DNA from: Eledone cirrhosa
Lineage: Eukaryota
Assembly (NCBI GenBank): GCA_964016885.1
Contig: OZ024753.1
Span: 46,996,001 to 47,060,000, forward strand
DNA: 64,000 nucleotides
Reading direction: 5' to 3'
Shown here piece after piece: positions 22,853 through 37,589 of the stretch (position 1 is its first letter; each line of letters begins with the position of its first letter). A program made the translations under genes and the position numbers. Below the pieces are notes generated by a model, which saw only the letters and a list, made by a program, of their open reading frames with translations, did not search any database and had not been told where the DNA came from.

Positions 22853-23646
22853 GTTACATACACATATACTATGTTACATACACACATCTACTGTGTTACA
22901 TACACACACATCAACTGGGTTATATACACACACATCTACTGCGTTACATACACATCTACTGTGTTACACACACATCTACTGTGTTACATACACACACATC
23001 TACTGAGTTACATACACACACATCTACTGTGTTACATACACACACATCTTCTGTGTTACATACACACATCTACTATGTTACATACACACATCTACTGTGT
23101 TACATACACACACCTGTGTTACATACACACACATCTACTGAGTTACATACACACAGATCTACTGTGTTACATACACACACATCTACTGTGTTACACACAT
23201 CTTCTATGTTACATACACACAATCTACTGTGTTACATACACACATCTACTGAGTTACATACACACACATCTACTGAGTTACATACACACACATGTACTGT
23301 GTTACATACACACATCTACTGTGTTACATACATACACATCTACTGTGTTACATACATACACATCTACTGTTACATACACACATCTACCGTGTTACACACA
23401 CACATCTACCGTGTTACACACACACATCTACCGTGTTACACACACACATCTACCGTGTTACACACACACATCTACTGAGTTACATACACATATACTGAGT
23501 TACATGCAAACACACATCTACTCTGTTACATATACACATCTACTGTGTTACATACACATCTACTGTGATACACACACACACATCTACTCATACATATTCA
23601 TAAATAGACACACATTATACAAATAATTATTACATACACACACATC
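22853..23646 (+). repeat. Minisatellite copy (one extra unit)
   Basis: Extra 22-bp catctactatgttacatacaca unit near 23067. Confidence 0.95.
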
Positions 23647-24415
23647 TCTGTAATAATTCAGGAAGGAAGGGGCTGGTGAAACGCTATAGCAATGTGTGTG
23701 TGTTGTGTACCTTTCAGGTTTACCGGTTTCGTAGCCTATTTGAAGATTTTATTATAATTATGAACCTTATAATTCAATTAATTATGAATAATTTTGAGCT
23801 ATTTATCACAATTGTTAGTTAATTACTAACATAGTAACTTACCATATGGTTGTTATATAGAATTTTGTTGGAAGACTTTAATTTAGATAGGAACCATTTC
23901 CATAGTACGAGAACTAATTTTGGCTGGGTTTCTACCAAAAGGGTTAATGAAGAATTTTGAACAATTTACTAAAATTATTAATTATTTCATTACTAAGATA
24001 ATGTGTGAATACACAATTATATGTGTGTATATATATATAAACAGTATATATATATATAGTATATATATATATAAACAGTATATATATATATAGTATATAT
24101 ATATATAAACAGTATATATATAGTATACAAAAGATGTAGTGGGATAGTGTGTAGTCTTAAGACAAGTCTGTCCAGATAGCTGCGCTGTAACTTACACTTA
24201 TTGGGACTGTGTGTTGGCAAGCAGGCCTGTATTTTGGGATCTAGCTGGTCCATTATGAGGGAGGTCTGGTTAGTTGGCAGCACCATGCCTTACTTGTGGT
24301 ATATGTATGTATAGAAATAAGTTATTGTATATGCATAACTGTCCATCTATATGTATACATGTATGTTTACTTATATCTTTGCATACATATATACATTTTC
24401 AGATGTATACACGTA

Positions 24416-26335
24416 ATGGTCACCCGGATAGTAAACCAAGTCATACAGAATGGGGTTGTTCTGAAGGACTGGCGTAGCAGCATCATCATTAACTGTTACA
24501 AGGGTAAAGGAGATGCCCTAGATAGGAGTAACTATAGAGGCATTAAATTAATCGACCAGGTCATGAAGGTCACGGAAAAAGTAATAGCGCAACTAATCAG
24601 AGAGAGAATTGATCTAGATGAAATGCAGTTCGGGTTTGTGTCAGGTAAAAGTACCACAGACGCTCTTTTCATTGTACGACAACTACAGGAGAAGTACCTA
24701 GTTAAAAGTAAACCCCTATACTTAGCTTTTGTTGACTTGGAGAAAGCCTTCGACAGAGTCCCCCGTTCCATTATCTGGTGGGCTCTTAGAAAACTAGGTG
24801 TTGAGGAATGGCTTGTGAGAGCTATACGAGCCATGTATAAAGAAACAGTCAGCAAGGTTAGAATTAACAACGAATATAGTGAAGAGTTTAGCGTAAAAGT
24901 TGGTGTTCATCAGGGCTCCGTCCTTAGCCCCCTACTATTTATTATTGCCCTTCAGGCTATAACAGTGGAGTTCAAGACCGGCTGCCCATGGGAACTCCTA
25001 TACGCAGATGATCTAACGCTCATAGCTGAATCAATGGCCGAGCTAGAGAAGAAATTCCAAACATGGAAGCAAGGCCTAGAATCAGAAGGCCTTAAAATTA
25101 ACCTGGCTAAGACTAAAGTTCTAGTTTGTAGGAAAGAAAATAAGGCGCCGGTCCCTTCCGGGAAATGGCCATGCTCAGTGTGTAGGAAAGGCGTAGGTAG
25201 AAACTCCATTTTATGTCCCAAATGCAAAGTATGGGTTCATAAAAGATGTAGTGGGATCACAGGTAAGCTAACTAAGAACATAGATTTTACATGTGGCCGG
25301 TGCTCTGGTGCAATAAGTAGCAGCAAGTGCCCACAAAATACTAGCTCTTTCAATTGCGCAGAGGGTTCTATAGAAATAGTGGACAGCTTCCGTTACCTGG
25401 GTGACAAAATCAGCAGTGGGGGAGGGTGCTCTGAAAGTACAGTAGCTAGAGTCAGAACTGGATGGAAAAAGTTCAGAGAGCTTATACCACTATTAGCCGC
25501 TAAAGGGTTCTCCCTAAAAATGAAAGGCAGGTTGTATGATGCCTGCATATGAACAGCAATGTTGCATGGCAGTGAGACCTGGGCATTGTGTGCAGAGGAT
25601 ATACGCAGACTAGAGAGGAACGAAGCTTGCATGCTTCGCTGGATGTGTAATAGTAATATATGTGAACGGCAAAGCATAAACGAACTAAGGGAAAAATTAG
25701 AAATAAGAGGGATCAGATGTTGTGTACTCGAGAGAAGACTACGTTGGTATGGTCCACGTGATGCGGATGAAAGACGACAGCTGTATAAAAAAAATGCAGG
25801 GCAATAAAGATAGACGGTAGCCACGGAGTAGGCAGACCCAGAAAAACCTGGGACGACTTGATAAATTCCGACCTCACACACTTACACCTCTCCAAGACAA
25901 TGTCACTGGACCGAGATCTTTGGCGGTACTCAGTAATAGAGAAGACCCGCCTTACCTAGATACAAAGTAAAACCTACTACAGTCAGTAGGCACCTCTAAC
26001 AAAATACACCCCCACCCCATCCACACCGCCCCTTTCAATGTAAAGTTATGTTGGTGCCACAACATCCAGGCCGAAACAAATGAGGTCGTGTAGGTGTCAC
26101 GACAAAAAAAAAAAACACAGTCCACGCAGTAATGTGGCCGTGTAGGTAACACGGTAAAAACCTCCCAGTCCCACACTGTAAATGCGGTTGGTGTTAGGAA
26201 GGGCATCCAGCTGTAGAAAACCCGCCAGACAGTCCTATGCGAGCAAGACAACCACTCTTGCCTCAAGTGGGAAAATTCCCGTCCAAACCCATGCAAGCGT
26301 GGAATATGGACGTTAAACGATGATGATGATGATGA

Positions 26336-26339
<4 letters not shown>
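24416..26339 (+). mobile_element. RTE-clade LINE copy
   Basis: Identical 418-aa ORF at 24296-25552; lacks the second stop (ATC AGA instead of ATC TGA). Confidence 0.95.
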
Positions 26340-26366
<27 letters not shown>

Positions 26367-26369
<3 letters not shown>

Positions 26370-27491
26370 CTTTGACATTTCTTAGAAAAAAAATGAAAAA
26401 GTTTTGTGAGAACCCCAATGTTTATTTATTTTATTTTATTTTTAAATAAAATTAATAACATTAATTTTATTTTGAAATTAGGTTTATAAATATTAATTAT
26501 CAGCAGACCGTTGTAGCAGTCTTGGCGGCTTAGTGGGAAGTACCAGAGATGGTGAGGTCCTTGTCTGTAGGTTCAATCCTGGTCTGGGAGTTCAATCATT
26601 GCTGTAATGTGTCCTGTTAATCTTTTTTTAAATTTTCCTCAGAAAAAACTGAAAATCTTTGGTGAGAACCCCAATGTCTATTTATCTAATATAATTTAAT
26701 TTATTTTATTTTATTTTACTTTAGTTAAATTGTCAAAACCACTGGTGATCTAAAGTTAGAGGAGACAGATAAAATAGACATATTGTCTCCTCAACCTTTA
26801 GATCTTCAGTGTTTTCGACAATTTAACTAAAATAAAAAATTAAATTCAATATAATTAAATAAATAGGGGTTCTCTTTTTCAAAGAGATATAGAAAGAAAA
26901 TTATAAAAGATTAACATGACACCTTACATGTATCTCATGGACCAGGATTGAACCCGAGTCCCCAATTCAACCCTCAGACCAGGATTGAACACCCAGAACA
27001 GGATCTCACCATCTCTGGTACTTCCCACTAAGCTACCGAGACTGATACAAAGATGTACTGAAATTTAATATTTATAAACCTACTTTCAAAATAAAATTAA
27101 AAATAAAATATATATATATATATATTCCTTTGACATTTCTTAGAAAAAAGAACTGAAAAAGTTTTGTGAGAACGCCAATGTCTATTTATTTTATTTTATT
27201 TTTAATTAAATTAGTTATATTTTGAAAGTAGGTTTATAAATATTAATTTTCAATAGACCTTTGTAGCAGTCTTGGTGGCTTAGTGGGAAGTACCAGAGAT
27301 GGTGAGATCCTTGTCTGTAAGTTCAATTCTTGCTTGGAGACATGTCTAATGTGTCCTATTAATCTTTTTTTAATTTTCCTTTTACATCTCTTAGAAATAA
27401 CTGAAAATCTTTGGTGAGAACCCCAATGTCTATTTATCTAATATAATTAATTTAATTTAATTTAATTTAATTTTTATTTTAGTGAAACCAC
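26367..27491. repeat. Fold-back repeat copy (L2)
   Basis: Same sequence. Confidence 0.88.
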
Positions 27492-27932
27492 TGTTGTATT
27501 CAAGAGACCAGGTGGAGGGGTGGGTCTGCTAGATTCATTGTGGGTAAAGAACGGTGCTATGAACTTTTCTGGGTGGGAAATGACAATGGGCTGGGTATAC
27601 ACATACCACCCCACCACCCCACCGTAAAGTGGTCGTGGAGGCGCCACGGCAAAAAAGCACCCAGCCCGCTCTGTAAAGCTGACGTGGAGGTGCCACGGAA
27701 AAAAAAAAAGCACCCAGCACTCACTGCAAACTGGGTTGGCGTCAGGAAGGGCACCCAGCTGTAGAAACCAATCCAGAATCAGCTCCCACCCCACCCTTGC
27801 AAGCATGGAAAAGCGGACGTATGATGAAGTTGATATATATATATATATATTAGTATATATATACACATACATATGTACACATATACACATACATATATAT
27901 ATATATATACACACACATATATATCAGTGTAC

Positions 27933-27967
<35 letters not shown>

Positions 27968-28612
27968 AATGAATATTTATTCAATTTAAAGCGCCAATTA
28001 TCTATATATAACAAGATATGAATTTTTCTAGGGATGGGGAAATTTTCAGTTTGTTTTTATATTTTCACTTCATTTTTTACTTTCTATTTAATACAGTCTT
28101 TGATCCAATATAATCCTGACAGTATTTGAACCAGTTTACCTCATATATATGTATGCACACACAACACTCAAGTTTCGCCATCTACTGCTATTTCATTCAT
28201 ATTTATTGTTTAATTAACTCTGGTCTAATTCATCAACTATTGTTAATTATATTATTACGTAGATTTCTTATAAAATCTAGTGCATATATACGTGTATATA
28301 TACAGGGAGACACTGTGTAATAGATGTAAAGAGAGTGGGAGATAGAGTTATAGAAGTAAAGAGAGGGAGAGAAATAAGCGGTAGATAGAGCAATAGATGT
28401 AAAGAGAGGGTTAGAACGTTCAACTTGACAGTCAGTACATATGCCAACTACCCAACCGGCCAGCCAGCCGTATTTGCGGTTGACTGGCCAGTTGGGCGGT
28501 TGGTATGTGGAACGTTCAACTACGCAGTCAGTACCAAAGTTCAACATTGTAGCCAGTGCATATGCCGATCGCCGCGCCCTCTTTGCTCTATTTTAATGAC
28601 CTGGAACTAAGT

Positions 28613-28725
28613 AAAAAGAGTAGGAGATAACTCGACAAGAGCGGAGAGGGTGAGATTCGAACCATGTAAAGTCGTTGGCTCCTGAACTTCGTAAGCGGGG
28701 CTGCTACTGACTGATCAACGCCGGC
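28613..28725 (-). ncRNA. Pol III-type unit copy
   Basis: Same sequence (L allele). Confidence 0.5.
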
Positions 28726-29706
28726 AGCAAGGCAAATCGCGCATAAAATAACGCTTATATCGATAAAATAAAACAAAAATTTCAATGTTGCACTCTTGTT
28801 TGTTGTTCTTTTATTTTACGTAAACATTTCGCTGCTCTAGCCTCTTATTTCCTATTAGATTACACTTAATTCCATTAAACATTCATTCTTAGTCTCGTGG
28901 TAAACTATTTCATCTATATTTATATCGCTGTTACAGCCTTTTATTTCTACATCTATCACCTATAGCCACTGTTACGCCGGTAGTATAAGTAGCTTTATAA
29001 CAAGAAACGATGATATAACTCCACAAAATGTCTTCTTGAGCAAGACACTTCACCTCATATTGCTCCAGTACACCGAGTTACACATAGACAGATACATACA
29101 TACACATATATATGTACACAGATAGAAATAAGAGGGAGATAGAGTAAAAGATGTAAAGATAGTGTAAAAGATTTAAAGAGAGGGTGAGAGTGTGACACAC
29201 ATTTATCTGTCTATCTCTCTCTATTTTAACACCGGTCGTTATAATTAGTTTTATAACACCGCTATATTACCGACATGAAAGAGGTAAATAATTATTTCTT
29301 AAATGTTTAGAACATGTTTCTCTTGTCTTCTTAAATGTATAGAACATGTTTCTTATTTATATTCTTAACATAGCTAGGACCTTATCTCATTTACTGGTCT
29401 CTACTTTTAGGACTTTGCTGGTCCCATGTGCCCTCCATGAAGACACACTCGCCCCTTCTCTCTCAGTCTCCGTACTAATTACTACACATACGTATATATA
29501 TTTATTTTAAGAAACCTTAATGACAAATAATATAAAGTGTTTGTAAAGTGGGGAAGAGTAGTTTTACGGTGGGGTTGTTATATAGATATCGTTTTTGCAG
29601 TGGGGTCGTGACTGGCGTATAATAATGAGTCACTGTTGATGTATATACAAATCATGTTTTGGATATAAGTGAAGTTATTTAAGAGATTTAGTTGTTTTGT
29701 ATACAT

Positions 29707-31678
29707 TCATAACGGTACGCGATGGGACCCACCCACAGCCCCGGCGGACAGAATGGAGAAGGCGTTTCCCCGGAGCACGGCAAGGGAGACGCGCTGGAAA
29801 AGCCACTCCAACTCGCGGGGCTCACACCTGCGGCTGGCCAGCTCAGCGCCTATGGTGGTGAGTAAGGAGGTAGCCCTGGGGCCGAGGACACCAGAAGTCT
29901 CCACTTCCAGGGGTACGACCGCAAACCTGTCGGAGAGTGAACGATATGTGAGGAGTTTGGCCCCCTCAGCCTGACGTGCAGCAGAACCTGGGCCAGTCGC
30001 AGACTGCACCAGGTTGCGGCTGCAGAAAGTGTCGGTGCAAGTGGCATCCCAGACGAGGGGTTTGCCACCGCGGAACGGGAAGATGGTCATGCCATCTAGC
30101 CTTTTGCCGTCCCCTCGAGCTGGGAAGGGAAGCCTGCAGCGTCCAAGCCATGCTTAATGACTTCGTTGAGGGCAGCATGGCGTGGATTGCGGGTGGAGGC
30201 CGAAAGAGTCCATGGTGGAACGGCAGCGACATTGGTGTGAGGCCGAGCCTCAGGGAAACGCCGATGCGCAAGCTATTGTTGTCTAGCTGCGTGCGAGTGG
30301 AGAAGGAGGGCAGGGCATGGAGCCAGGCCCCACTGTGGGGTTTGGAGGCTGCACGAAAACAAACAAGGCGGTGCTGGTCGAGCTGGCACGTGAGCCTGTC
30401 TGAGGCCAGGCTGCACTGGATGGCATCCCAAGTGTGTTGGGGGGGACTTGACGTCAACAGGGGGAGAAGGAGGAGGAACGTCTACTGGGCTAAGTCCCAG
30501 CCGGTGCCACGTCTCACAGGCGGCCAGGCGTTCTCTGAACACAGAGGGTTCTGTTGTGTTTTGAAGAACCCTGCTGAAGAGGACGTGGTACGAGGTTACC
30601 GACGAAAGATATGCCGGCAAAGCTAGTGAGATCGGGGACTGGAGGCGAAGGCCGCCATACCTGACAGGTAAAGTTGCATATCTCATCGGCTGCTGCTCGG
30701 ATACAAGTTTAGGTGTAGCACAGAGTGTATAGAGGAGCTTCGGCATGGCGTAGCAGTTCCTCAGCAGAAAGAGAACTGGGTGGCCATCAATCAAGCCCAG
30801 TCGGCTCGTGAGAGTCTGGACTTGATGGAGGAGCGGATGGCCGGCGGGTGGATCGGTGAGGGCATCCTCTTTGGGGGGTCACCTGAACCTGGCGGAGAAT
30901 GGACCGCACGTCCAAGACGGAGACTGCAAAGCTTGCAGCATCGAGGCTGACATTCACCACCTCCGACTTGGCTGAGTTGACCTGGAGGTCGATTCCCGCC
31001 AGGGCAGGAACCACCGATTGAAGGTCATGGCAGACCGCCTGTACGGGCCCACCCAAAGTAGCATCATCCAGATACCAAACGTTGAGAGGGGCCGTTATAC
31101 TCCAGGCGATGTGGTCAATACCAAGGGTGAACAGGAGGGGTCCCAAAGGGTTGCCCTGTTGGATCCCAGTAGCCAAGGGTATGACCGTATCAGCAGCATG
31201 GCGCATGCTTGGGGCTCCATATGACAGGTAGGCAGAGGGGGCTCGGCTGAGGCAGGCCTCGAGCAGATGATCCCAGCGTAAAGAGTTGAAGGCATTCCTC
31301 ATGTCAAACTTGACAATGAGGTGGCTGGAGGCCCTGGATGCCGGTTCCGAGTGTTACGGACTTGCAGATTACCTTGGCAGCCAGCCTCCGGAAGACATTG
31401 CCCACAGCAATGGGGCGTATGCCATCCTCTTTCTTCCTGAGAGCGGTGAGGCTGGCCGAAAAAAAGAGGCCTCGAGCATAAGAGTCCAGGGCGCCATGGA
31501 TGAGCCTATTGGTGAGCGCCACAATTGCACTCAGAAGGCGGCGCCCGGCCTCAGCGGAGAGGGGAGATATCAACTCCTTGAGGAGGCCTGGTCAGAGACC
31601 ATCAACATCTCCGCAGCTGCTAGCTGGGAAGGACCTGATGGCGGACATGATGTCTGCATCAGAAGCCACAAGGAGCAA
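29707..31678 (-). mobile_element. CRE-clade relic copy (S-type allele within an L unit)
   Basis: Same motifs; has the 26-bp deletion, unlike the L1 and L3 copies. Confidence 0.92.
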
Positions 31679-32329
31679 GTGTGGATTACAATACAAAACC
31701 TCTGAGAATGATTTCTAAGATATTTCACCATAATTAATTTTCATCAATATATATTAATATTATTATTGTTTATTAGGTCAGGTGGATTGGCCAGAACAAT
31801 TCTACTCTTCTTTTTTAGATGTCACGATTTTTCATGGCATTCCTGAGATCATTAATCTCCAGCTGGAGATCCAGAGACATCTGATGTATGTAGGTGAACC
31901 TCAGTCATCCCACTTGGCTCTTACTATGTTTAGGTATCCACCACAGGAGCCAGCTCATCAGGTCATCCTACCCTCAGCAGCAATGTCCAGCATCTATTGA
32001 TTTCCGCTCCCTAGTTATTGTGGTAATCTTCGATATCTGGGAATATATTTCTTCTGCTTAAGGGAGTAATAAATATATAGTTTAAAAAAAAACATATATA
32101 TACACACACATATATATATGTTGTCATTTATAAGAGTTCTCTATCAAAAGCCTTCTCTATGTCCAAAGCTAAGTATAGTGGCTTATTTTTCTCTAAGAAC
32201 CTCTTTTGTAGTTGTCTCACTAAGAAGAGGGCATCTGTTGCACTTTTCAGCGGCACAAAACCAAACTGCATCTCATACACATACATACATATACATACAT
32301 ACATACATACATATACACATACATACATA

Positions 32330-32684
32330 CATCATCATCATCATCATCATCATCATTTCGTTTTAAGTCCGCTTTTTCCCTGCTTGTAAGGGTGGGACGG
32401 GAACTGATTCTGGCTTGATTTCTACAGCTGGATGCCCTTCCTAACACCAACCTCATTTACAGTGAGTGCTGAGTGCTTTTTTGCCGTGGCACCTCCACGA
32501 CCACTTTGCAGTGGAATGATATGGACCCCAGTCCCTATCATCTCATTTCTACAGCTGAGTAAACTGGAGCAATGTGAAATAAAGTGTCTTGCTCAAGGAA
32601 AAAACACATCACCCGGTCTGAGAATTGAACTCACAACTTTTCGATTGCCAGGCCAATGCTCGAACCACTAAGCCATGTGCCTCC
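32330..32684 (-). mobile_element. SINE copy
   Basis: Same sequence. Confidence 0.88.
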
Positions 32685-33175
32685 ATATACATATACATAT
32701 ACATATACATACACATACATATACATACATATATATATACATACATACATATATACACATACATACATACACATACATACACATATACATACATATACAT
32801 ACATAGATATATATATATACATAATATAAATATACATACATACACATACATAAGCATATACACATAAGTATATATACATATACACACGTATATATACATA
32901 TACATACATACATATATACACATACATACATATATACATACATACACACATATATACATATACACATACATACATATACATACATATACACATACATACA
33001 TATATATATATACATACACACACATATATACATACACACACATATATACAAACACATACATATACACATATATACACATACATACACATACATATACATA
33101 CATATACACATATACACTCATATATACATATACATACATACACACACATACATACATATATACATATACATACAT

Positions 33176-33724
33176 AAAGACAAATCCACCTCATGGACGA
33201 GAATGCAAGGGCTCCTCCTCTTTGTTTCGGCCGCGGATGGCTAACCCTAACCCCATCCCCGCTCCCCACCGCTCCCAACCTCCAAACGCAATCCAAAACT
33301 TCAGAGTTGGTACCATTAATGTAGGCACCTTATAGGGTGGCTCTAACGAGGTTGTAGAAATGCTTGAACGTAAGGAGGTCGATGTTTGTTGTATTCAAGA
33401 GACCAGGTGGAGGGGTGGGTCTGCTAGATTCATCGTGGGTAAAGAACGATGCTATAAGCTTTTCTGTGTGGCAAATGACAATGGGCTGGGTATACACATA
33501 CCACCCCACCACCCCACCGCAAAGTGGTCGTGGAGGCGCCGCGGCAAAAAAGCACCCAGCCCACACTGTAAAGCTGACGTGGAGGTGCCACGGAAAAAAA
33601 AAAGCACCCAGCACTCACTGCAAACGGGGTTGGCGTCGGGAAGGGCACCCAGCTGTAGAAACCAATCCAGAATCAGCTCCCACCCCACCCTTGCAAGCAT
33701 GGAAAAGCGGACGTATGATGAAGT

Positions 33725-33728
<4 letters not shown>
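33176..33728 (+). mobile_element. Bipartite RTE copy
   Basis: Same sequence. Confidence 0.85.
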
Positions 33729-33767
<39 letters not shown>

Positions 33768-34509
33768 TATATATATACACATATATATATACACACATAT
33801 ATATCAGTGTACATATATATATACATATATATATATATATAAATGAATATTTATTCAATTTAAAGCGCCAATTATCTATATATAACAAGATATGAATTTT
33901 TCTAGGGATGGGGGAAATTTTCAGTTTGTTTTTATATTTTCACTTCATTTTTTACTTTCTATTTAATACAGTCTTTGATCCAATATAATCCTGACAGTAT
34001 TTGAACCAGTTTACCTCATATATATGTATGCACACACAACACTCAAGTTTCGCCATCTACTGCTATTTCATTCATATTTATTGTTTAATTAACTCTGGTC
34101 TAATTCATCAACTATTGTTAATTATATTATTACGTAGATTTCTTATAAAATCTAGTGCATATATACGTGTATATATACAGGGAGACACTGTAATAGATGT
34201 AAAGAGAGTGGGAGATAGAGTTATAGAAGTAAAGAGAGGGGGAGAAATAAGCGGTAGATAGAGTAATAGATGTAAAGAGAGGGTTAGAACGTTCAACTTG
34301 ACAGTCAGTACAATGTTCAGCATGGTAGCCAGTACATATGCCAACTACCCAACCGGCCAGCCAGCCGCATATGCGGTTGACTGGCCAGTTGGGCGGTTGG
34401 TATGTGGAACGTTCAACTACGCAGTCAGTACCAAAGTTCAACATTGTAGCCAGTGCATATGCCGATCGCCGCGCCCTCTTTGCTCTATTTAAATGACCTG
34501 GAACTAAGT

Positions 34510-34622
34510 AAAAAGAGTAGGAGATAACTCGACAAGAGCGGAGAGGTTGAGATTCGAACCATGTAAAGTCGTTGGCTCCTGAAGTTCGTAAGCGGGGCTG
34601 CTACTGACTGAGCAGCGCCGGC
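34510..34622 (-). ncRNA. Pol III-type unit copy
   Basis: Same sequence. Confidence 0.5.
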
Positions 34623-35617
34623 AGCAAGTCAAATCGCGCATAAAATATGGCTTATATCGACAAAAAAAAAAAAAAAATTTCAATGTTGCACTCTTGTTTG
34701 TTGTTCTTTTATTTTACGTAAACATTTCGCTGCTCTAGCCTCTTATTTCCTATTAGATTACACTTAATTCCATTAAACATTCATTCTTAGTCTCGTGGTA
34801 AACTATTTCATCTATATTTATATCGCTGTTACAGCCTTTTATTTCTACATCTATCACCTATAGCCACTGTTACGCCGGTAGTATAAGTAGCTTTATAACA
34901 AGAAACGATGATATAACTCCACAAAATGTCTTCTTGAGCAAGACACTTCACTTCATATTGCTCCAGTACACCGAGTTACACATAGACAGATACATACATA
35001 CATACACAGATAGAAATGAGAGGTAGATAGAGTAAAAGATTTAAAGAGAGTGTGAGAAGTACGAGTTAGATAATGTAAAAGATTTAAAGAGAGGGTGAGA
35101 GTGTGACACACATTTATCTGTCTATCTCTCTCTATTTTAACACCGGTCGTTATAATTAGTTTTATAACACCGCTATATTACCGACATGAAAGAGGTAAAT
35201 AATTATTTCTTAAATGTTTAGAACATGTTTCTCTTGTCTTCTTAAATGTATAGAACATGTTTCTTATTTATATTCTTAACATAGCTAGGACCTTATCTCA
35301 TTTACTGGTCTCTACTTTTAGGACTTTGCTGGTCCCATGTGCCCTCCATGAAGACACACTCGCCCCTTCTCTCTCAGTCTCCGTACTAATTACTACACAT
35401 ACGTATATATATTTATTTTAAGAAACCTTAATGACAAATAATATAAAGTGTTTGTAAAGTGGGGAAGAGTAGTTTTACGGTGGGGTTGTTATATAGATAT
35501 CGTTTTTGCAGTGGGGTCGTGACTGGCGTATAATAATGAGTCACTGTTGATGTATATACAAATCATGTTTTGGATATAAGTGAAGTTATTTAAGAGATTT
35601 AGTTGTTTTGTATACAT

Positions 35618-37589
35618 TCATAACGGTACGCGATGGGACCCACCCACAGCCCCGGCGGACAGAATGGAGAAGGCGTTTCCCCGGAGCACGGCAAGGGAGA
35701 CGCGCTGGAAAAGCCACTCCAACTCGCGGGGCTCACACCTGCGGCTGGCCAGCTCAGCGCCTATGGTGGTGAGTAAGGAGGTAGCCCTGGGGCCGAGGAC
35801 ACCAGAAGTCTCCACTTCCAGGGGTACGACCGCAAACCTGTCGGAGAGTGAACGATATGTGAGGAGTTTGGCCCCCTCAGCCTGACGTGCAGCAGAACCT
35901 GGGCCAGTCGCAGACTGCACCAGGTTGCGGCTGCAGAAAGTGTCGGTGCAAGTGGCATCCCAGACGAGGGGTTTGCCACCGCGGAACGGGAAGATGGTCA
36001 TGCCATCTAGCCTTTTGCCGTCCCCTCGAGCTGGGAAGGGAAGCCTGCAGCGTCCAAGCCATGCTTAATGACTTCGTTGAGGGCAGCATGGCGTGGATTG
36101 CGGGTGGAGGCCGAAAGAGTCCATGGTGGAACGGCAGCGACATTGGTGTGAGGCCGAGCCTCAGGGAAACGCCGATGCGCAAGCTATTGTTGTCTAGCTG
36201 CGTGCGAGTGGAGAAGGAGGGCAGGGCATGGAGCCAGGCCCCACTGTGGGGTTTGGAGGCTGCACGAAAACAAACAAGGCGGTGCTGGTCGAGCTGGCAC
36301 GTGAGCCTGTCTGAGGCCAGGCTGCACTGGATGGCATCCCAAGTGTGTTGGGCGGGACTTGACGTCAACAGGGGGAGAAGGAGGAGGAACGTCTACTGGG
36401 CTAAGTCCCAGCCGGTGCCACGTCTCACAGGCGGCCAGGCGTTCTCTGAACACAGAGGGTTCTGTTGTGTTTTGAAGAACCCTGCTGAAGAGGACGTGGT
36501 ACGAGGTTACCGACGAAAGATATGCCGGCAAAGCTAGTGAGATCGGGGACTGGAGGCGAAGGCCGCCATACCTGACAGGTAAAGTTGCATATCTCATCGG
36601 CTGCTGCTCGGATACAAGTTTAGGTGTAGCACAGAGTGTATAGAGGAGCTTCGGCATGGCGTAGCAGTTCCTCAGCAGAAAGAGAACTGGGTGGCCATCA
36701 ATCAAGCCCAGTCGGCTCGTGAGAGTCTGGACTTGATGGAGGAGCGGATGGCCGGCGGGTGGATCGGTGAGGGCATCCTCTTTGGGGGGTCACCTGAACC
36801 TGGCGGAGAATGGACCGCACGTCCAAGACGGAGACTGCAAAGCTTGCAGCATCGAGGCTGACATTCACCACCTCCGACTTGGCTGAGTTGACCTGGAGGT
36901 CGATTCCCGCCAGGGCAGGAACCACCGATTGAAGGTCATGGCAGACCGCCTGTACGGGCCCACCCAAAGTAGCATCATCCAGATACCAAACGTTGAGAGG
37001 GGCCGTTATACTCCAGGCGATGTGGTCAATACCAAGGGTGAACAGGAGGGGTCCCAAAGGGTTGCCCTGTTGGATCCCAGTAGCCAAGGGTATGACCGTA
37101 TCAGCAGCATGGCGCATGCTTGGGGCTCCATATGACAGGTAGGCAGAGGGGGCTCGGCTGAGGCAGGCCTCGAGCAGATGATCCCAGCGTAAAGAGTTGA
37201 AGGCATTCCTCATGTCAAACTTGACAATGAGGTGGCTGGAGGCCCTGGATGCCGGTTCCGAGTGTTACGGACTTGCAGATTACCTTGGCAGCCAGCCTCC
37301 GGAAGACATTGCCCACAGCAATGGGGCGTATGCCATCCTCTTTCTTCCTGAGAGCGGTGAGGCTGGCCGAAAAAAAGAGGCCTCGAGCATAAGAGTCCAG
37401 GGCGCCATGGATGAGCCTATTGGTGAGCGCCACAATTGCACTCAGAAGGCGGCGCCCGGCCTCAGCGGAGAGGGGAGATATCAACTCCTTGAGGAGGCCT
37501 GGTCAGAGACCATCAACATCTCCGCAGCTGCTAGCTGGGAAGGACCTGATGGCGGACATGATGTCTGCATCAGAAGCCACAAGGAGCAA
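35618..37589 (-). mobile_element. CRE-clade relic copy
   Basis: Same motifs. Confidence 0.92.

Larger units (their letters stand above)
21915..31679. repeat. Long unit L2 (9765 bp)
   Basis: Anchor spacing; L-specific block present but the CRE copy is S-type. Confidence 0.93.
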
